This document shows, piece after piece, positions 13,217 through 26,283 of a stretch of DNA of 64,000 bases (the stretch's first letter is position 1; each line of letters opens with the position of its first letter). Origin of the DNA: Podarcis bocagei (lineage: Eukaryota); NCBI GenBank assembly GCA_964188305.1, contig OZ076885.1; one strand, written 5' to 3'. A program made the position numbers and the translations under genes. Under the pieces are notes generated by a model. It worked only from the letters and a program-made list of their open reading frames with translations. It did not search any database and was not told the DNA's origin.

Positions 13217-13352
13217 CAGGCTTCTTCAAACTTGGCCCTCCAGATGTTTTTGGCCTACAACTCCCATGATCCCTAGCTAGCAGGACCAGTGGTCAGGGAT
13301 GATGGGAATTGTAGTCTCAAAACATCTAGAGGGCCGAGGTTGAGGAAGCCTG
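13217..13352. mobile_element. hAT MITE (about 136-bp palindromic 'gactacaactcccatcatccc' family)
   Basis: Near-complete palindrome; perfect 8-bp TSD ttctagat. Confidence 0.9.
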
Positions 13353-13369
13353 TTCTAGATTAAGGGGAC

Positions 13370-13520
13370 AGGACTGCCTTGGGAGGTTGTGGTCTCTCCT
13401 TCATTGGAAAGGTTTTTAAGTAGAGATTGGATGACCATCTGTCATGGGTGCTTTAGCTGAGACTCGGACTGGGTGACCTTCGGGTGATCTCTTCCAACTC
13501 TACAATTCTATGATTCCATG
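13370..13520 (+). mobile_element. CR1 LINE 3' end
   Basis: CR1 3' terminus ending cttccaactctacaattctatgattccatg (ATTCTRTG repeat). Confidence 0.75.
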
Positions 13521-13544
13521 AGATGACCGCTTAATGGTCACACA

Positions 13545-14105
13545 GTTTGTGCCCATTTTTCCTTTCCCAAAAAGGGGCGTGTGACTATTATGCGGTAAAT
13601 TACGGGGCAGAGGTGGAGGAAGGGGTTGCAGACGGGTGGCCAAGGTGGTTCACCTGCTGCTTCCCCTTCTTGGCTGGGTACCAGAGCGAGAGCCCAAGGT
13701 GAGCAGCAGCAGCAGCAATAGGAGCAACATTAGCAGCCTCACCTTGCCTCCTCCAGCTACCTCTGCTTCTTGACTGGATCCAAGTGAAAGCCAATGGCGC
13801 CTGTTTAAAGCAGGAGCCCAGAGCCCATACCACCTCCTTGCCTCTCGACTGTGTGCAGCCCAAGGCGGCGGTAACGTGCCTGGCTTTGCCTTGCCTCCTC
13901 CAGCTACTGTACGTCCTCTCAGTCTGGCAAGCCAATGAGCCCTCACTGCCTCAGGAGCCGCCAGGAGCCCCCATGCCAATCCCCAGCTCACCTCAGAATT
14001 ACCTGTGTGATTATTATGTGGGGAATGCTCTGGGACCAATTTTAGGGCCCAAAAAAGGGGTGTGTGACTATTACATGGTGGCAACCGGTATGCAGTGAAA
14101 TACGG
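13545..14105. mobile_element. Degenerate Tc1/mariner non-autonomous element
   Basis: Terminal motif gtgtgactatta...aaatacgg|ta occurs twice (about 13580-13605 and 14060-14107). Confidence 0.45.
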
Positions 14106-14107
14106 TA

Positions 14108-14346
14108 CAGTGGTACCTCAGGTTAAGAACTTAATTTGTTCTGGAGGTCTGTTCTTAACCTGAAACTGTTCTTAACCTGAAGCACCACTTAAGCTAATGG
14201 GGCCTCCCACTGCCGCGCTGCCGCCGCACAATTTCTGTTCTCATCCTGAAGCAAAGTTCTTAACCCAAGGTAATATTTCTGGGTTAGTGGAGTGTGTAAC
14301 CTGAAGCGTATGTAACCTGAAGCGTATGTAACCTGAAGTACCACTG
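14108..14346. mobile_element. Tigger/pogo-type MITE
   Basis: TIRs and TA TSD; inserted at the terminal TA of another Tc1/mariner MITE. Confidence 0.9.
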
Positions 14347-14995
14347 TATTTGTATCTCACTTCCACAGCAAACTGGTCCCCAAAGCAGATTGCATCTGTT
14401 TATTAGAAACAACAGAAGAGTATTGAAACAAATTTTTGGAACATTACAACGAAACTAATGCAGAAACAGGAGCAAGAAGCTCTTGACTGATAATAAATTC
14501 AAATCCTAAGAATTAGATGTGGGCGAAAGCTTGGGCGAACATCACATTTTCAGTTGTCTCGTTACTACCTGGAACTTTTGTGCCAGGTGCCAGATCTCTC
14601 TGCCCCGCTGCCATTGCAAACTTACTTTTTGTTTTCAGGAAACTTTGTTGATATTTGGGCACCACAAAGCACAGTATGGGTTGCACTCATTCACCCGCCA
14701 TCTTAATTTGCCCAGAGGCACATGCTGGACAACACACCACTCTGCAGCACCCCTCCCACAAAATAAAGCTAAAAAAAATGTTTAAAAAACCTGACCCAGG
14801 ACATTCAACACTTAACAGAAGCTAAACTGCTGCCACCAAGCCTGTCTAAGGCACTCTGGCTCTGGAATACATTAAACCAGGAAAAAGAAATCATCTTGGT
14901 CATTTCAACAGAACTGAGCACACAGATGCAACCCAAGGGCATAAACACAGGCTGCTGCCAGAACCACAAGAATAAGAAGTGCAGCTAATTCCTCC

Positions 14996-15295
14996 CCCAT
15001 CGTTCTGCCCGGACACTGAGGTCCAGCTCCGAGGGCCTTCTGGTGGTTCCCTCACTGCGAGAGGCCAAGTTACAGGGAACCAGGCAGAGGGCCTTCTCGG
15101 TAGTGGCACCCACCCTGTGGAATGCCCTCCCATCAGATGTCAAAGCGATAAACAACTACCTGACATTCAGAAGACATCTGAAGGCAGCCCTGTTCAGGGA
15201 AGTTTTTAATATGTGACATTTTAGTGTATTTTTCATCTTTGTTGGAAGCCGCCCAGAGTGGCTGGGGAAACCCAGCCAGATGGGCGGGGTATAAA
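14996..15295 (+). mobile_element. L2 LINE 3' end; its tail is interrupted by a MITE and continues as (TAT)n
   Basis: Encodes RAFSVVAPTLWNALP-type L2 C-terminus; 3' UTR gccgcccagagtggctgggg...gggcggggtataaat. Confidence 0.8.
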
Positions 15296-15297
15296 TA

Positions 15298-15556
15298 CTG
15301 TATTTTTTGCTGTATAAGACTCACTTTTTCCCTCATAAAAAGTAAGGGGAAATGTGTGTGCGTCTTATGGAGCAAATGTAGGCTGCGCAGCTATCCCAGA
15401 AGCCAGAACAGCAAGAGGGATTGCTGCTTTCACTGCACAGTGATCCCTCTTGCTGTTCTGGCTTCTGAGATTCAGAATATTTTTTTCCTTGTTTTCCTCC
15501 TCCAAAAACTAGGTGCGTCTTGTGGTCTGGTGTGTCTTATAGAGCGAAAAATACGG
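15298..15556. mobile_element. Tc1/mariner MITE (TIR C.GTATTTTT.GCT.TATAAGAC) inside an L2 tail
   Basis: ta|ctgtattttttgctgtataagac ... gtcttatagagcgaaaaatacgg|ta. Confidence 0.85.
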
Positions 15557-15562
15557 TAATAA

Positions 15563-15621
<59 letters not shown>
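15563..15621. repeat. (TAT)n microsatellite, L2 tail-derived
   Basis: Read directly from the sequence. Confidence 0.95.
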
Positions 15622-15779
15622 CTCTGCCTTGGGACCAGAGGCGAGACATGCACCCCAACCCTGCACATGTCTATACACAGCCCAAGTCAGGCTGTAACCT
15701 TACGCACTTCTACCTGGAAACAAATTTCTTTGCTTATTTGGTGGTGTTTTATATACAATATTGGGTGAATTTTAAGCAG

Positions 15780-15781
<2 letters not shown>

Positions 15782-15821
<40 letters not shown>
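15782..15821. repeat. (AC)n microsatellite
   Basis: Read directly from the sequence. Confidence 0.95.
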
Positions 15822-15823
<2 letters not shown>

Positions 15824-16564
15824 ATTCATTACATGAATATTGGATTTGTTTGACGACAGTTGTGATATCTATGTGGCAATGGCCCAATGTGGTAGATGGC
15901 AGCCTTGCAAACCGAAAAGTCTGTTTTTAAGCATGGATACCAAATTGTTGGTAGCAACCCATTTGCTCTGTGTTTAAGTACAGAGTGCCACCTGGTGGTT
16001 AGTTTCTGTCCCAATAGCCAGAGCTGCTGCTAATTTCACAAGGTGATTCAAAGTTAAAAGTGTCACCACTTGGACGCTTCTACCCGTCCATCCAAGACAG
16101 TCAACATTTGCCGCATTTACAGATTTAGCTTGATGTTTCATCATTTCAATACCAAGCTATTACAGAAATTAAATATGCAGCCCCTCAAAGCCTAATTATA
16201 ACATACCAAAACCACTAACACGCTGCATCTCTGAAACATATTCCCCACTAATGTATTGCTTTCAAGTGAAATCTCAAGTAAGCATATTTTATCCAATATA
16301 ATTCCTTAACAATTAGTAAGTTACTACCACAGTCAAAACCTGGTTTTCACGTCTCTCTTGTAACTGCTTCAAAAGTTGTTTTACAGATTCTTTAGGTCAG
16401 TGGTTCTCAACTGGGGTGTCTTGAACAATAATCAGAGGAGCTGCAGGTGGGGGAAGCCATGGGCAGCACCCATCTCCCTCCCTCCCTCTTCTGATGATTA
16501 TCAATGCCCCTTCCACATGCATAGCCGCGGCTGCAGCTGCCTGCTTTGGTCAAGGGAGCTGCGG

Positions 16565-17060
16565 TGTCAGGGCTGGAGTCAGGCACAGGTCAGCAACAAT
16601 AAATCAACCAAAGTTAGGGAAATCCAACTCTTTATTCAAGGAAACCAACCACAGTTCCTGGGCTAGTGGTCTCAACAACTCTTTCATGCCCCGATGAAGC
16701 TGTTGAGAGGACTGAAGGCCCCCACCTTCCCAGTGCCCACTAGGAATCCTCCTCTCTGGGGTCTTTCTTGTGCAGTCTCAGGCTGTGTCTGTGCCCAATC
16801 CCCACCTGCTCTGCCTTTTTCATTTATCTGCAAGTTCTAGGAGACCAGGGGACAGGGAGATCTGATCGCAGCAGGAGGGGGGCGGGTTCCCTGGATTCTT
16901 CAGGAAGCCTATCTTCGCTCTGCCTCTTGGCCACCCTCCCCTTCAGACTCCAGAGTCTGAACTGCTCTCTGCCACAGCCTCTTCGTGCTCACGAAACCCT
17001 GTCACCACTTCTGCTGACACCTCCGCTTCCCAGTCTGCTCCACCTTCTTGTTGCTCTCTA
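16565..17060 (-). mobile_element. Truncated LTR-like element related to 53403-53970
   Basis: Reverse strand shares gcc.ttcagtc.c..caac, aataaagagttg.a.ttccct and a terminal ctgaca. Confidence 0.6.
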
Positions 17061-18509
17061 GATGTTACCAGACTACAACTCCCATCATCCTTGACAGTTG
17101 GTCATAATGGATGGGACTGATGGGATCTAAACTTCCAGAGGGCACTATGTTAGCTATGCCTGCCTTAATCCCTAGGTGGGCCAGAGAGGGTTAATGAGAT
17201 CAAATGAAAACAGGCTACCGCACTACTTCATTCTTCTCCTTTTCCCCCCACAATGCGATTTTCACACACCCTCTCTCACCTCTGCCTCGTCTTTTAAAAG
17301 CTGCCCAGTGTCAAAGTTTATTTGAATTCATAAGCTCCGGAATCCGCTTATCCCAGAGCTTATCCCTAGCCTCTTTGAGAAATGGGCCTACAATACAGTT
17401 TGCTGATGAAACAACATATGGCCGGTTATGACTTGATACAATGAACGCTTCCTTGGCTGACTGGAAACTGATGTCTCCTTAATCCTGTCTTGTCTAAATT
17501 AGAGTCGCATGCATGTGTGTGGGGGGTGGGAGAGAGATAAAAGCTAAAACTTCAACAGCTTGTAGCACCTGAATCCAAATGATCAGATCCACATTGGCAG
17601 CTGGGTGAATTGTGGTTCCTCAGGACAGATGAGATCACAAGTGACGGGAAACCACCGTTAAATAATATTGTCAAGTGTCCCATGGCATTGACCACTATGT
17701 TTTTAGTTACAATGGCCCTGGCAGAAATCTCCAATTAACTTGGAAAAGTTTGCTCCAGTATGTATTTACAGGGCCATTACATCACCCTGCCAAGGCACAA
17801 TTATTATTATTTGACATCACTCTGATTGTGGTGAGTAAATTAGACAAACGCTCCGAACCTGGGAGTCTATCCAGCAGAGGCATTTTGATGATTTAACCCA
17901 GAGTTACTAAGAATGTTTGTTAAATAAAATGGTTTCAATGGGTGATAATTGAGAAAGCTGCAGACAGTGTCTTCCAGGGTGAAGACCACTGCTCGCTGCA
18001 GAAAGTTACAAAGACCTGGCAACATGTTTTGCACATGTCCTTACACGCTGCAGAACCACTCGTATACTAACGAATGCAAGCTTATTTAGGAGAATTTAAC
18101 AGTAATGATAACAATAGTGCAAGTGTGATTATTACAACTGTTCTATATGACCTGTTTTTAGGATTAAAGCACTCCACATTGGGTCTCCTTATTTCAAAAA
18201 GTTGCTCCAATGTGACACATGATGGGATTTTTTCTAGTTGTTCAGAATTGACCTTGTTCGCATCTCATGAAAACCAAAGTATGGTTTGTGAATATGTTGG
18301 CTCCTGGAGAGGAGTTTGTGGCTGTTTTGCTTCTTAGTGCATAACAAGTAAGCCAAGGTTTGCCTTGGCATATCATCTGAATTCAGAATCCTGATTAGGG
18401 TATTTCCCTAACTATGAGCTGTAACCATATGGAAAGCTTTGACTACAGATCATGCTGAAGGAAGAGAGAGACCTTAACCATGAACCCAGGTTTGGATGAC
18501 ACTCTAAAC

Positions 18510-18645
18510 TAGTGTTTCCTAAACTTGGGTCTCCAGTTGTTGTTGGACTACAACTCCCATCATCCCTAGCTAGCAGGGCCAGTGGTCAGGGATGATGGGA
18601 ATTGTAGTCCAAAAACAGCTGGAGGGCCAAGTTTGGGTTATACTG
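18510..18645. mobile_element. hAT MITE (about 136-bp palindromic family)
   Basis: Perfect 8-bp TSD ctctaaac. Confidence 0.9.
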
Positions 18646-21600
18646 CTCTAAACCAAGGCTTGGCTTAGCTGCTGTGCCCCCCTGAGCTAAAGAGCTTGAG
18701 GAGGAGTAAAGTGTATATTTAAAGCACCTAGCTTTCCCCAAAGCATCCTAGTAACTGTAGTTTATTAAGGGTGCTGGGAATTATAGCTTTGCGAGGGGTA
18801 AGCTACAGTTCCCAAAAGCCAAAGGCTGTCTCCAAATCTCTCATACTTTTATGCAAGGGAAGCAAGCCCCTACCTCTCCTTGTCCTATTCTCCAGTTTAT
18901 GCTCCAAGGTCACTCAATTTCTCATAGGAACATACACAGAACCATTGGTCTGTCTAGCTCGTTTTTGTATACACTGTTTAGCAGTGGTTCTCCAGGGTTC
19001 CAGGCAAGGAACATTCCCAGTCCTACCTAGAGATGTTGCAGGATGAACATGGGAATTTCCATACATACACACAAGAACTCTCTCCCACTGAGCTACAGTC
19101 TTCCCCCAGTAACAGACGCAGTGCTTACACTACCCCCAAGTGCAGGTCTTAAGAAGACAACCTTGCTGGATCAGTCCGAGAGTAAAACACACCATCCTGT
19201 TCCAAAACAATGGACAGACAGATGTTTCTGGGAAGGCCCTGGCAGGAAGTCCAGATAACCTTGGGAGGAGGAAGTGTATCTGTACAGGAAGTCATTAAAA
19301 GGACCACTCCAAGATACAGAAAGGCAGCGCTGGACAAAGAAGAATATGAAGAACGATGTCTACAGGTAGTGATGCAGACAGATCAGGAGCCTCTTAAAGC
19401 AGGTCAGGATTGCACACCATTTACCAGGGTGTAGTCTGAAAGCACCATTTTGCTGACACTAAGCAGATCTGGGGCTGGTGGGCAGTGCCTTGGTCAATGA
19501 CCACATGGGAACCGCATGTATGCTGCCTTGGGTTTCATGGCAGAGGAGAAGAGGAACATAAATTTAAGCATCCATATCTTTATGAAGAGCCCTCTAGATG
19601 CTCAGCCTTTCAGCTCTGATTAAACCTCAGCACCCATGAACTTAAGAAGGGGAAATCTGGCACCCAGGGATCTGGGGTGATCCCTGTTCCCCCACTAACC
19701 CATAGTGATATAATGCACAACAATGAAAATGTTTCTAATCTGTCATTTGCTGACTATTTCAGGTGCCCTACACGCTTGCTGAAGCCATTTCTACATTTTC
19801 CTAACTCTCATCCAGCCTGTAAGCTTCAGCTCATTATGACTGAAGCCATTTGCCAGTTTGTCAGGGGAAATTATAGTTTTGAGTGAAATGGTGTGTGATG
19901 AGCAAAATGAAAAAGGGAACAAAGGCCAGAAACTAGACAGTCTGCTTTTCATCCAGCACCATATAATCTGCAAACATGCCCCTTTAAATTAACTAATTAG
20001 GTCTCCCTGAAGCTGATTACAGTCAATGCAGCGTTTGAACACACCCGATACATCAGCAGCAGCAGCAGCAACAGCATCACGGCTACTCTAAGACCACAAA
20101 AGGAAATGGTTTTAGTGGCAAAGTTTGTTTCAACTTGTCCCCTCAGAGGCTGAAGGCATATGTTACCTGCAAGTCCTTTTGATGAAGTCCTATCTCCACA
20201 GACAATCCTTATACCCAGTACCAGAATTCCCAATCCCAGGAGATAATATGCAAAAGGCACTCCCGCACCTTTAATCAAGCAACACCTGCTGAAAATCCCT
20301 CTTTTACTGGACTATTAAAGGTGCAGGAGCCCTGTTCTCTTTTGCCACCCTAATTCTGGCTCTTTCCCCCCTCCATTCTCCTAAACGGTATTCCCAGTTT
20401 CAGCCACCCGCTCCTGTACATTCATGTGGTTTGAAATGCAACAGGAAAGCTGGCGGCCCCCATTTTCCTTAAGATGATACCCCAGCAGACAAAGAAAATC
20501 ATTGCAAGATGTTGGTAATAAACAAGCAAAATGGAAAGCCTAGGACCATCATGCCTTTGCTAGGAGCATCCTTTCCATGCTACCTGGCTAACTGATGCAG
20601 GAGATTCGTCTCTGGATTGGATGTGGCTTTGTTCTAGGTCACATCCACACATGCATTTATGGGGGGGGAGTTGAGGGGGGTCAGTTGAGGGGCGGAGTGA
20701 GAAATGTCCTTATTTTCACCTGAGGAATGTTGGGAGGGTATGTGATACTGGCTCTGGCTTATCCCTCACAACTCCTAGGACCCATAACAAATTACAGTTC
20801 CCATGATTATTTGGATGAGGCCATGTTCTTTAAATGTAAGGAGTGGATGAGACCCTAATCTAGCAAGGCAGTTCTTACCTTCTTAGGCTCTGAATTGGTC
20901 TTTCTGTGTACTTTCCTTGGCCTCAAATCATTCTGCAGCATTAAAATAATATTACAAATATGAAATTATGTTTTTTCTCTCTCTTCCTCTCTGTAAAAGT
21001 ATTTAGTTATTATGCCTAGTTAATCCATATTAATTACATTTTTTTTGGACATTTCTCACAGACTAAGTAGGTTAGTTTCAAACAGGGTTAATCCTCCAAA
21101 TCTCTACTAAGAGCTAATTAAAAAAAAAAACCTTTTAGAAATGTAATATATTAATACAGCAAATGAGAGGGGGTGGGTTGGCAGGCAACACCAGATATGC
21201 AGTATTTTTGGGTTGTCTCTCCCAGGTTGGGTACACCTGTGTCTAAAATAGCAGCATGGGTGGAGATTGTAACATGGGAAGAAAAGGGGTTGCTTTCTTT
21301 TTTTCTTCTTCACAGCTGCCCACAAAAAAAAAAAGGGACTCTGGTATGCTGAGGCAGTTCCTGCTTTTCAGCATGCCTGTGGCTGTCTTATAAATACGTA
21401 CAAATGTGTACAAATAGTTCCAGTCACATGGTTTTAAAGAAAGGAACGGCAAATTGTAGAGGCATGCCCGTGGGCTTAAATGCAAAGGCTGGTGCAAAGA
21501 CCCTAGTCCTCATGTCAAGACTACTGAAAGCAAGCCTTTTTCATGAGGCCTCGGGCTTTTAACTATCTGTGGCCTTTTTGCATGGATGTGATGTTTTAAT

Positions 21601-21708
21601 GTTGCTCTTTTTTTAAAAAATAATAATAAAATGCTGGTTTTAATGTAGGTATGATTGATTGTTTTGTGTTCAAATGTTTTTATGTTGCCCTAATGTTTTG
21701 TGAAAGGG

Positions 21709-21712
<4 letters not shown>

Positions 21713-21739
<27 letters not shown>
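21713..21739. repeat. (TG)n microsatellite
   Basis: Read directly from the sequence. Confidence 0.95.
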
Positions 21740-22353
21740 TTATGAACGTCTGTGTATCCCTTTCCTCCTGGCCTCTGAGTCCTTCCAGACACCTCCATTT
21801 GCTGGAGCTTGGAAGCAGCATTTAATGTTCTATATGAGGTTCTCTCTGATGCTGGTAGTCTGCCAGGGAAGTGGGAAAGAGAAGAGAAGAGGGAGCTCTG
21901 GCTGACTCTTTGATGTACATCATTCTAAGGAGCCTGGGGCCTGTGCCACAACCGGTCCAATGTCTATATGTGAGTTTGTAGCCATGGTTACCGCTGCTGG
22001 GCCCTTGCAGGACTCGTCTGCTGGCTTCATGTGTACGTGCTATTCTGTCCCCTGGGGCTGAAGATTAGGTAGAGGCTGGTGTTGAAGTTTGGGTGTGTGG
22101 TTTTGTTCAGTGTGTCAGTTTTGGGGGGAGGGGGGAAAATACTATTTTTTCACTTGTTCCAGTCAACAGTGGATAGATCCTATATCAGCACCCCCCCCCC
22201 AGAATCCACATTATTAATAGTAATGGGCTGCCAATTTAGAGGTGGAGGAAAATATACTTTAAATACATTTTGTCACTCACCTTGAGCATGCTTCAGTAAG
22301 GCCTGTGGCCACATTTCTCATATTAGGCTGCCTGAAGACCAAAGGCGCTGGGG

Positions 22354-22489
22354 CAGGCATGGCCAAACTTGGCCCTCCAGATGTTTTGGGACTACAACTC
22401 CCATCATCCCTAGCTAACAGGACCAGTGGTCAAGGATGATGGGAATTGTAGTCCCAAAACATCTGAAGGTCCAAAGTTGGCCATGCCTG
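22354..22489. mobile_element. hAT MITE (about 136-bp palindromic family)
   Basis: TIR caggcatggccaa / ttggccatgcctg; TSD degenerate. Confidence 0.85.
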
Positions 22490-22856
22490 CCTAGGGGGAA
22501 TGTGGCTGGGGTCTGCATATTGGCAGTGGACTAGTCCAAACATTTACACGCCCTGCACACACAAATCAAACATGGCTATATTTCTATGGAACAGAGAAGC
22601 AGCACGTGAAATAGTGGGAAGGGTACGTATGGCTAGATTAAGAATCCAGGGTGCCGGGGGGGGGGAGGAGGTTGGGTTCCCCACATCTGCTCTGCACTAA
22701 AACATTTCAACCATGGTGGTTGTTTTAAAAATGTGCTCTAAGCGGTTATAGTCATTTTACAAGCTTTCATATAATGCTGTGGTGCATTTTAGTGAGCCGC
22801 AACTGTAAAAGGCTGGAAGGCAAGTGATGTCTACTTTACAGCCCTAAATATAACAT

Positions 22857-23361
22857 TGTTAGGAGTGGGGCAGGGCTAGGCTGCATGTCTGAGCCCTTTC
22901 AAAGTCCTGGATCCAGTGTGGATTCCATTCCTGGAACAGCCAGGCTAGCTTCCTGCCTGGTGAGGTAATGGTCCTCTTAAGTATGGGCCATTAAGGTAAC
23001 GAACGAAGTGCCTCTGCGCCAGCTAGCAATTGGGTGCACCCCCTCAGTCACTCAATTCACTGGTGGTGAGAAAGACAAAGGCCAGAGTTGGGAGTTGTGT
23101 GTTCAAGCTAGAAGTGGCCAAGAGACACATGCCATGCCCAATTTCTGTTGGGATCCAAGGCTGTGGCTATGGGAGAAGACCGTCTTGGGGTGTTAATGCT
23201 GTAAGCCCCTCCATCGTAGGCTTAGGTTGTATACAGGTGTAAAATAAACCATATATCATAAAGACACCAGCGTCTCCACTGTGCCTCATTCCGAAGGGAA
23301 CCAAACCTTGGGTAAGCGCCTGGAATCTTGCCATGCTCGGAGACTGGGGTGGCGTGCAACA
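22857..23361 (+). mobile_element. Probable solo LTR (about 505 bp)
   Basis: TGTT...AACA termini and internal AATAAA (23243-23248); TSD not clear. Confidence 0.6.
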
Positions 23362-23542
23362 TTATATTGGTCTGTACACTGGTCCAAAAAGCAGCAGGAG
23401 GCTTCTGATGTTTGTAGAAGCCATCTGGCCTACTAAATTAGAGCAAAGCTCAGCCTCAATATTTATGTTCTGCAATGGCCCTTGATGTGTTCTTGCTTGT
23501 TTTGAAGCTATATAATTCAGTCGTTACTGAGATGGCCTAATA

Positions 23543-23680
23543 CAGGGTTTCCCAAACTTGGGTCTCCATCTGTTTTTGGACTACAATCCCCATCATCCCT
23601 GACCACTGGTCCTGCTAGTTAGGGATGGTGGGAGCTGTAGTCTCAAAAAACAGCTGGAGACCCAAGTTTGGGAAACTCTG
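23543..23680. mobile_element. hAT MITE (about 136-bp palindromic family)
   Basis: TSD gccta(a/g)ta. Confidence 0.88.
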
Positions 23681-23890
23681 GCCTAGTACGTGTGTGGAGA
23701 ACCCTTTGGGCCTACAGCTGTTGCTGAACTACAACCCCCAAGCAAGGGGCATTATCACATTCCAGCCAGGTAACAGCACTTGAAGTGGATGCAGATTGGA
23801 ACCAGTTAGGGATGTCACCTGGAGAGAGGAGGTCTGGAGCCTGGGGAGAATCCCGAGGCTGGGACTAGACCTGAGGCTAAGACCAAACTA

Positions 23891-24121
23891 CAGTGGTACC
23901 TCAGGTTACATACGCTTCAGGTTACATACGCTTCAGGTTACAGACTCCGCTAACCCAGAAATAGTACCTCAGGTTAAGAACTTTGCTTCAGGATGAGAAC
24001 AGAAATTGCGCGGCGGCGGCGGGAGGCCCCATTAGCTAAAGTGGTGTTTCAGGTAAAGAACAGTTTCACGTTAAGAACAGACCTCCGGAACAAATTAAGT
24101 ACGTAACCAGAGGTACCACTG
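23891..24121. mobile_element. Tigger/pogo-type MITE
   Basis: TIRs; opposite orientation to the 10.6 and 14.1 kb copies. Confidence 0.9.
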
Positions 24122-25889
24122 CACAGGGAAGCATGCCTTCTCTGTTAACATATTAAATTGGATGTGACTTTTCCAAAATGTGAATAAAGAGAAAGTATTT
24201 GTAATGGGAAGCGTAGTTGTTCGTAACTTGGCAAAATGCTTCTTCCTGAGGGGTTTGCAATTCGTATTCCATGGACCGCCAACAGTCTCCAGCTCATTTG
24301 CCGATGGTTCTCCAAGGACAGCTCTTGCCATTTCATCTTGGCTTCTCTACTGTGTTTTCACCAGTTAAATCCTATTAAAATGCAACAGAAATGTGTTCTA
24401 AATTCCCTCAACAGATCTTTGTGGTATAAGGAAGCTGCCTCGCAGGGTTTTTATTATTATTATTGAATTGCCTTGTCAGCGTGATGGAGGTAACCACATG
24501 TCATAAATGGGAAAGTGCTCCACAAACTAATCTAATTATTATTATTATTATTGCAGTACAGTTCCACTAGGCAAAAGAGGAGGGAGAAGCCCCCACTCCG
24601 CCGAAACTCTTTGCTTTAGACATTCGCTAAACGCTGCCGGAGTCAGTGCCTGATTCCAATTTTTGATATGGAAGCTGTTCCCATAAATAGTTAACATTTG
24701 GCTTGAGTTTGGAGGCTGATTAGAAACATTTACAGTGTTTCAGACAAAATTTCCTGTGTTTCGGTTTTCTTTGTGTTTCACTGCCAGCTTTTGCTTCTGT
24801 ATTAAATGAACCTGAATATATTACTTTAGGCTATATCCTGCATTTTAGATCCCCTCCTGCCACATTTACTCCCCCCCCCCCGTCCTCTTTGGCATTCTGT
24901 AGAGAAAAACAAATCATAGAAGAACTGCTACCCTCTGCATACTTGCTTTGATATCACTTGCTTTGAAATAAATGGGGCTTACTTTGAAGTCAACATATGC
25001 TGGAGACAGGCAATAGGCTTGTTTTCAAGTTTTGACTCTCACATGATACAGTAGGGATACCCAACCTGGCGCCTTCCTGACATTGCTGGACTAAAACTCC
25101 CATAATTCCTGGCCACTGGCGATGCTTGCTGGGACTGATGGGAACTGCAGTCCACAACGTCTGAAAGGCTCCACATTACCATCTAGGGTGATTGAGGGGG
25201 TTTTGGCAGGACGGTGGTTCAGGGGGGATTGTGCTTCAAACTAAGGCTATACAAGGAGAAATGATTTCAATAAAAACAGAGCTCAGTGTCCCAAATTTGT
25301 AAGGATAAAAAGTGAATTACAGATAAATACTTTTACTGTGCAATCCTATCTACTTCTCCTTAGAACTCCCATTGAGTCCTAAATACTGTAAGTGTATTTA
25401 TGGTATTGCACTGTTACTGGTATTTACTTGTTAGCCTCCTGGGCATAATACAATGATGACTTGTTTTATAACATAAAAATGAAAGGTCTCAATAGCTTTT
25501 GGAGAATTTTAGTAGAATCAATTAAATTAAAGATGGGAACTCCCCAAAGCCACCTGAGTATGAAGGATTGAAAATTCCTTTGATTTGCTAAGAGATCTCC
25601 TCAATTTCCCATACTTTACTCAATCAACCGTTAATCTGGGGTGAATTTTACACCACCATTGTGATGCTATTGGAAATATGAAGGTGCTAGTAAACAACAA
25701 AAACTGTTTCTTTCCTTCTAGTGGGAACCAGCTCTGAGTTTAGGCTGTCCAATAATATAGCAGCTGGATCCAAAGAAATGGGGTATCTGCTTACATACTG
25801 CACATACTGGAGAATATATTGCATTTTTGCAATTTAGGGAGAGTTCACAACTGCAAAAACCAATAACGTTTGCAGCTCAGTGTTTAACT

Positions 25890-25895
25890 TTTATT
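25890..25895 (-). terminator. Candidate polyadenylation signal (AATAAA) of SLC38A11
   Basis: AATAAA on the minus strand about 125 nt after the stop codon, followed by a G/T-rich tract (ttattggtttttgcagttgtg). Confidence 0.5.
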
Positions 25896-26019
25896 ATATC
25901 TTGGAGGGGGGGGGGAAGAGTACGTTTAAAAACCTGAAACACACAATGGGACTTCACAAAAACGTTTTTTTAAAAAGTTTATATTTGCACTGCTCTTGTC
26001 TGGAAGGCACTCTTGTCTC

Positions 26020-26283
26020 CTATGGTTGGTGAGTTTGAGAAGACAGGACTGTTTGGTTGTAGAGTGAGGCATTTCCAAGGAAGCAGTATGGCATTTCTTG
26101 TCCATGGCTACAATCCTGGGGATGCAGGACAGTCATAACAAAGCCAACTATCATCACCAGCACCCCAGTGGTAAGGATCAGGGCAGAGAGAAGGTTGTCT
26201 GAATGGGTCCATCGCTCCTCGGAGAACCTCAGGTAGCAGGCGGCAGGCAGGATGAAGACCAGTGGAGTAGCGCTGAGCACCCC
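26020..26283 (-). CDS. SLC38A11: SLC38A11 terminal coding exon 12 (GVLSATPLVFILPAACYL...QDCSHGQEMPYCF...SQTHQP*)
   Basis: ttgcag| acceptor, TAG stop at 26022-26020; ORF 26020..26289. Confidence 0.96.
   Translation of the reverse strand, partial: GVLSATPLVFILPAACYLRFSEERWTHSDNLLSALILTTGVLVMIVGFVMTVLHPQDCSHGQEMPYCFLGNASLYNQTVLSSQTHQP

Noticed and set aside
21243-21400. MEF2 site and TATA box as a muscle promoter
   Set aside because: The MEF2-like motif is one base short of consensus and no downstream exon was identified.
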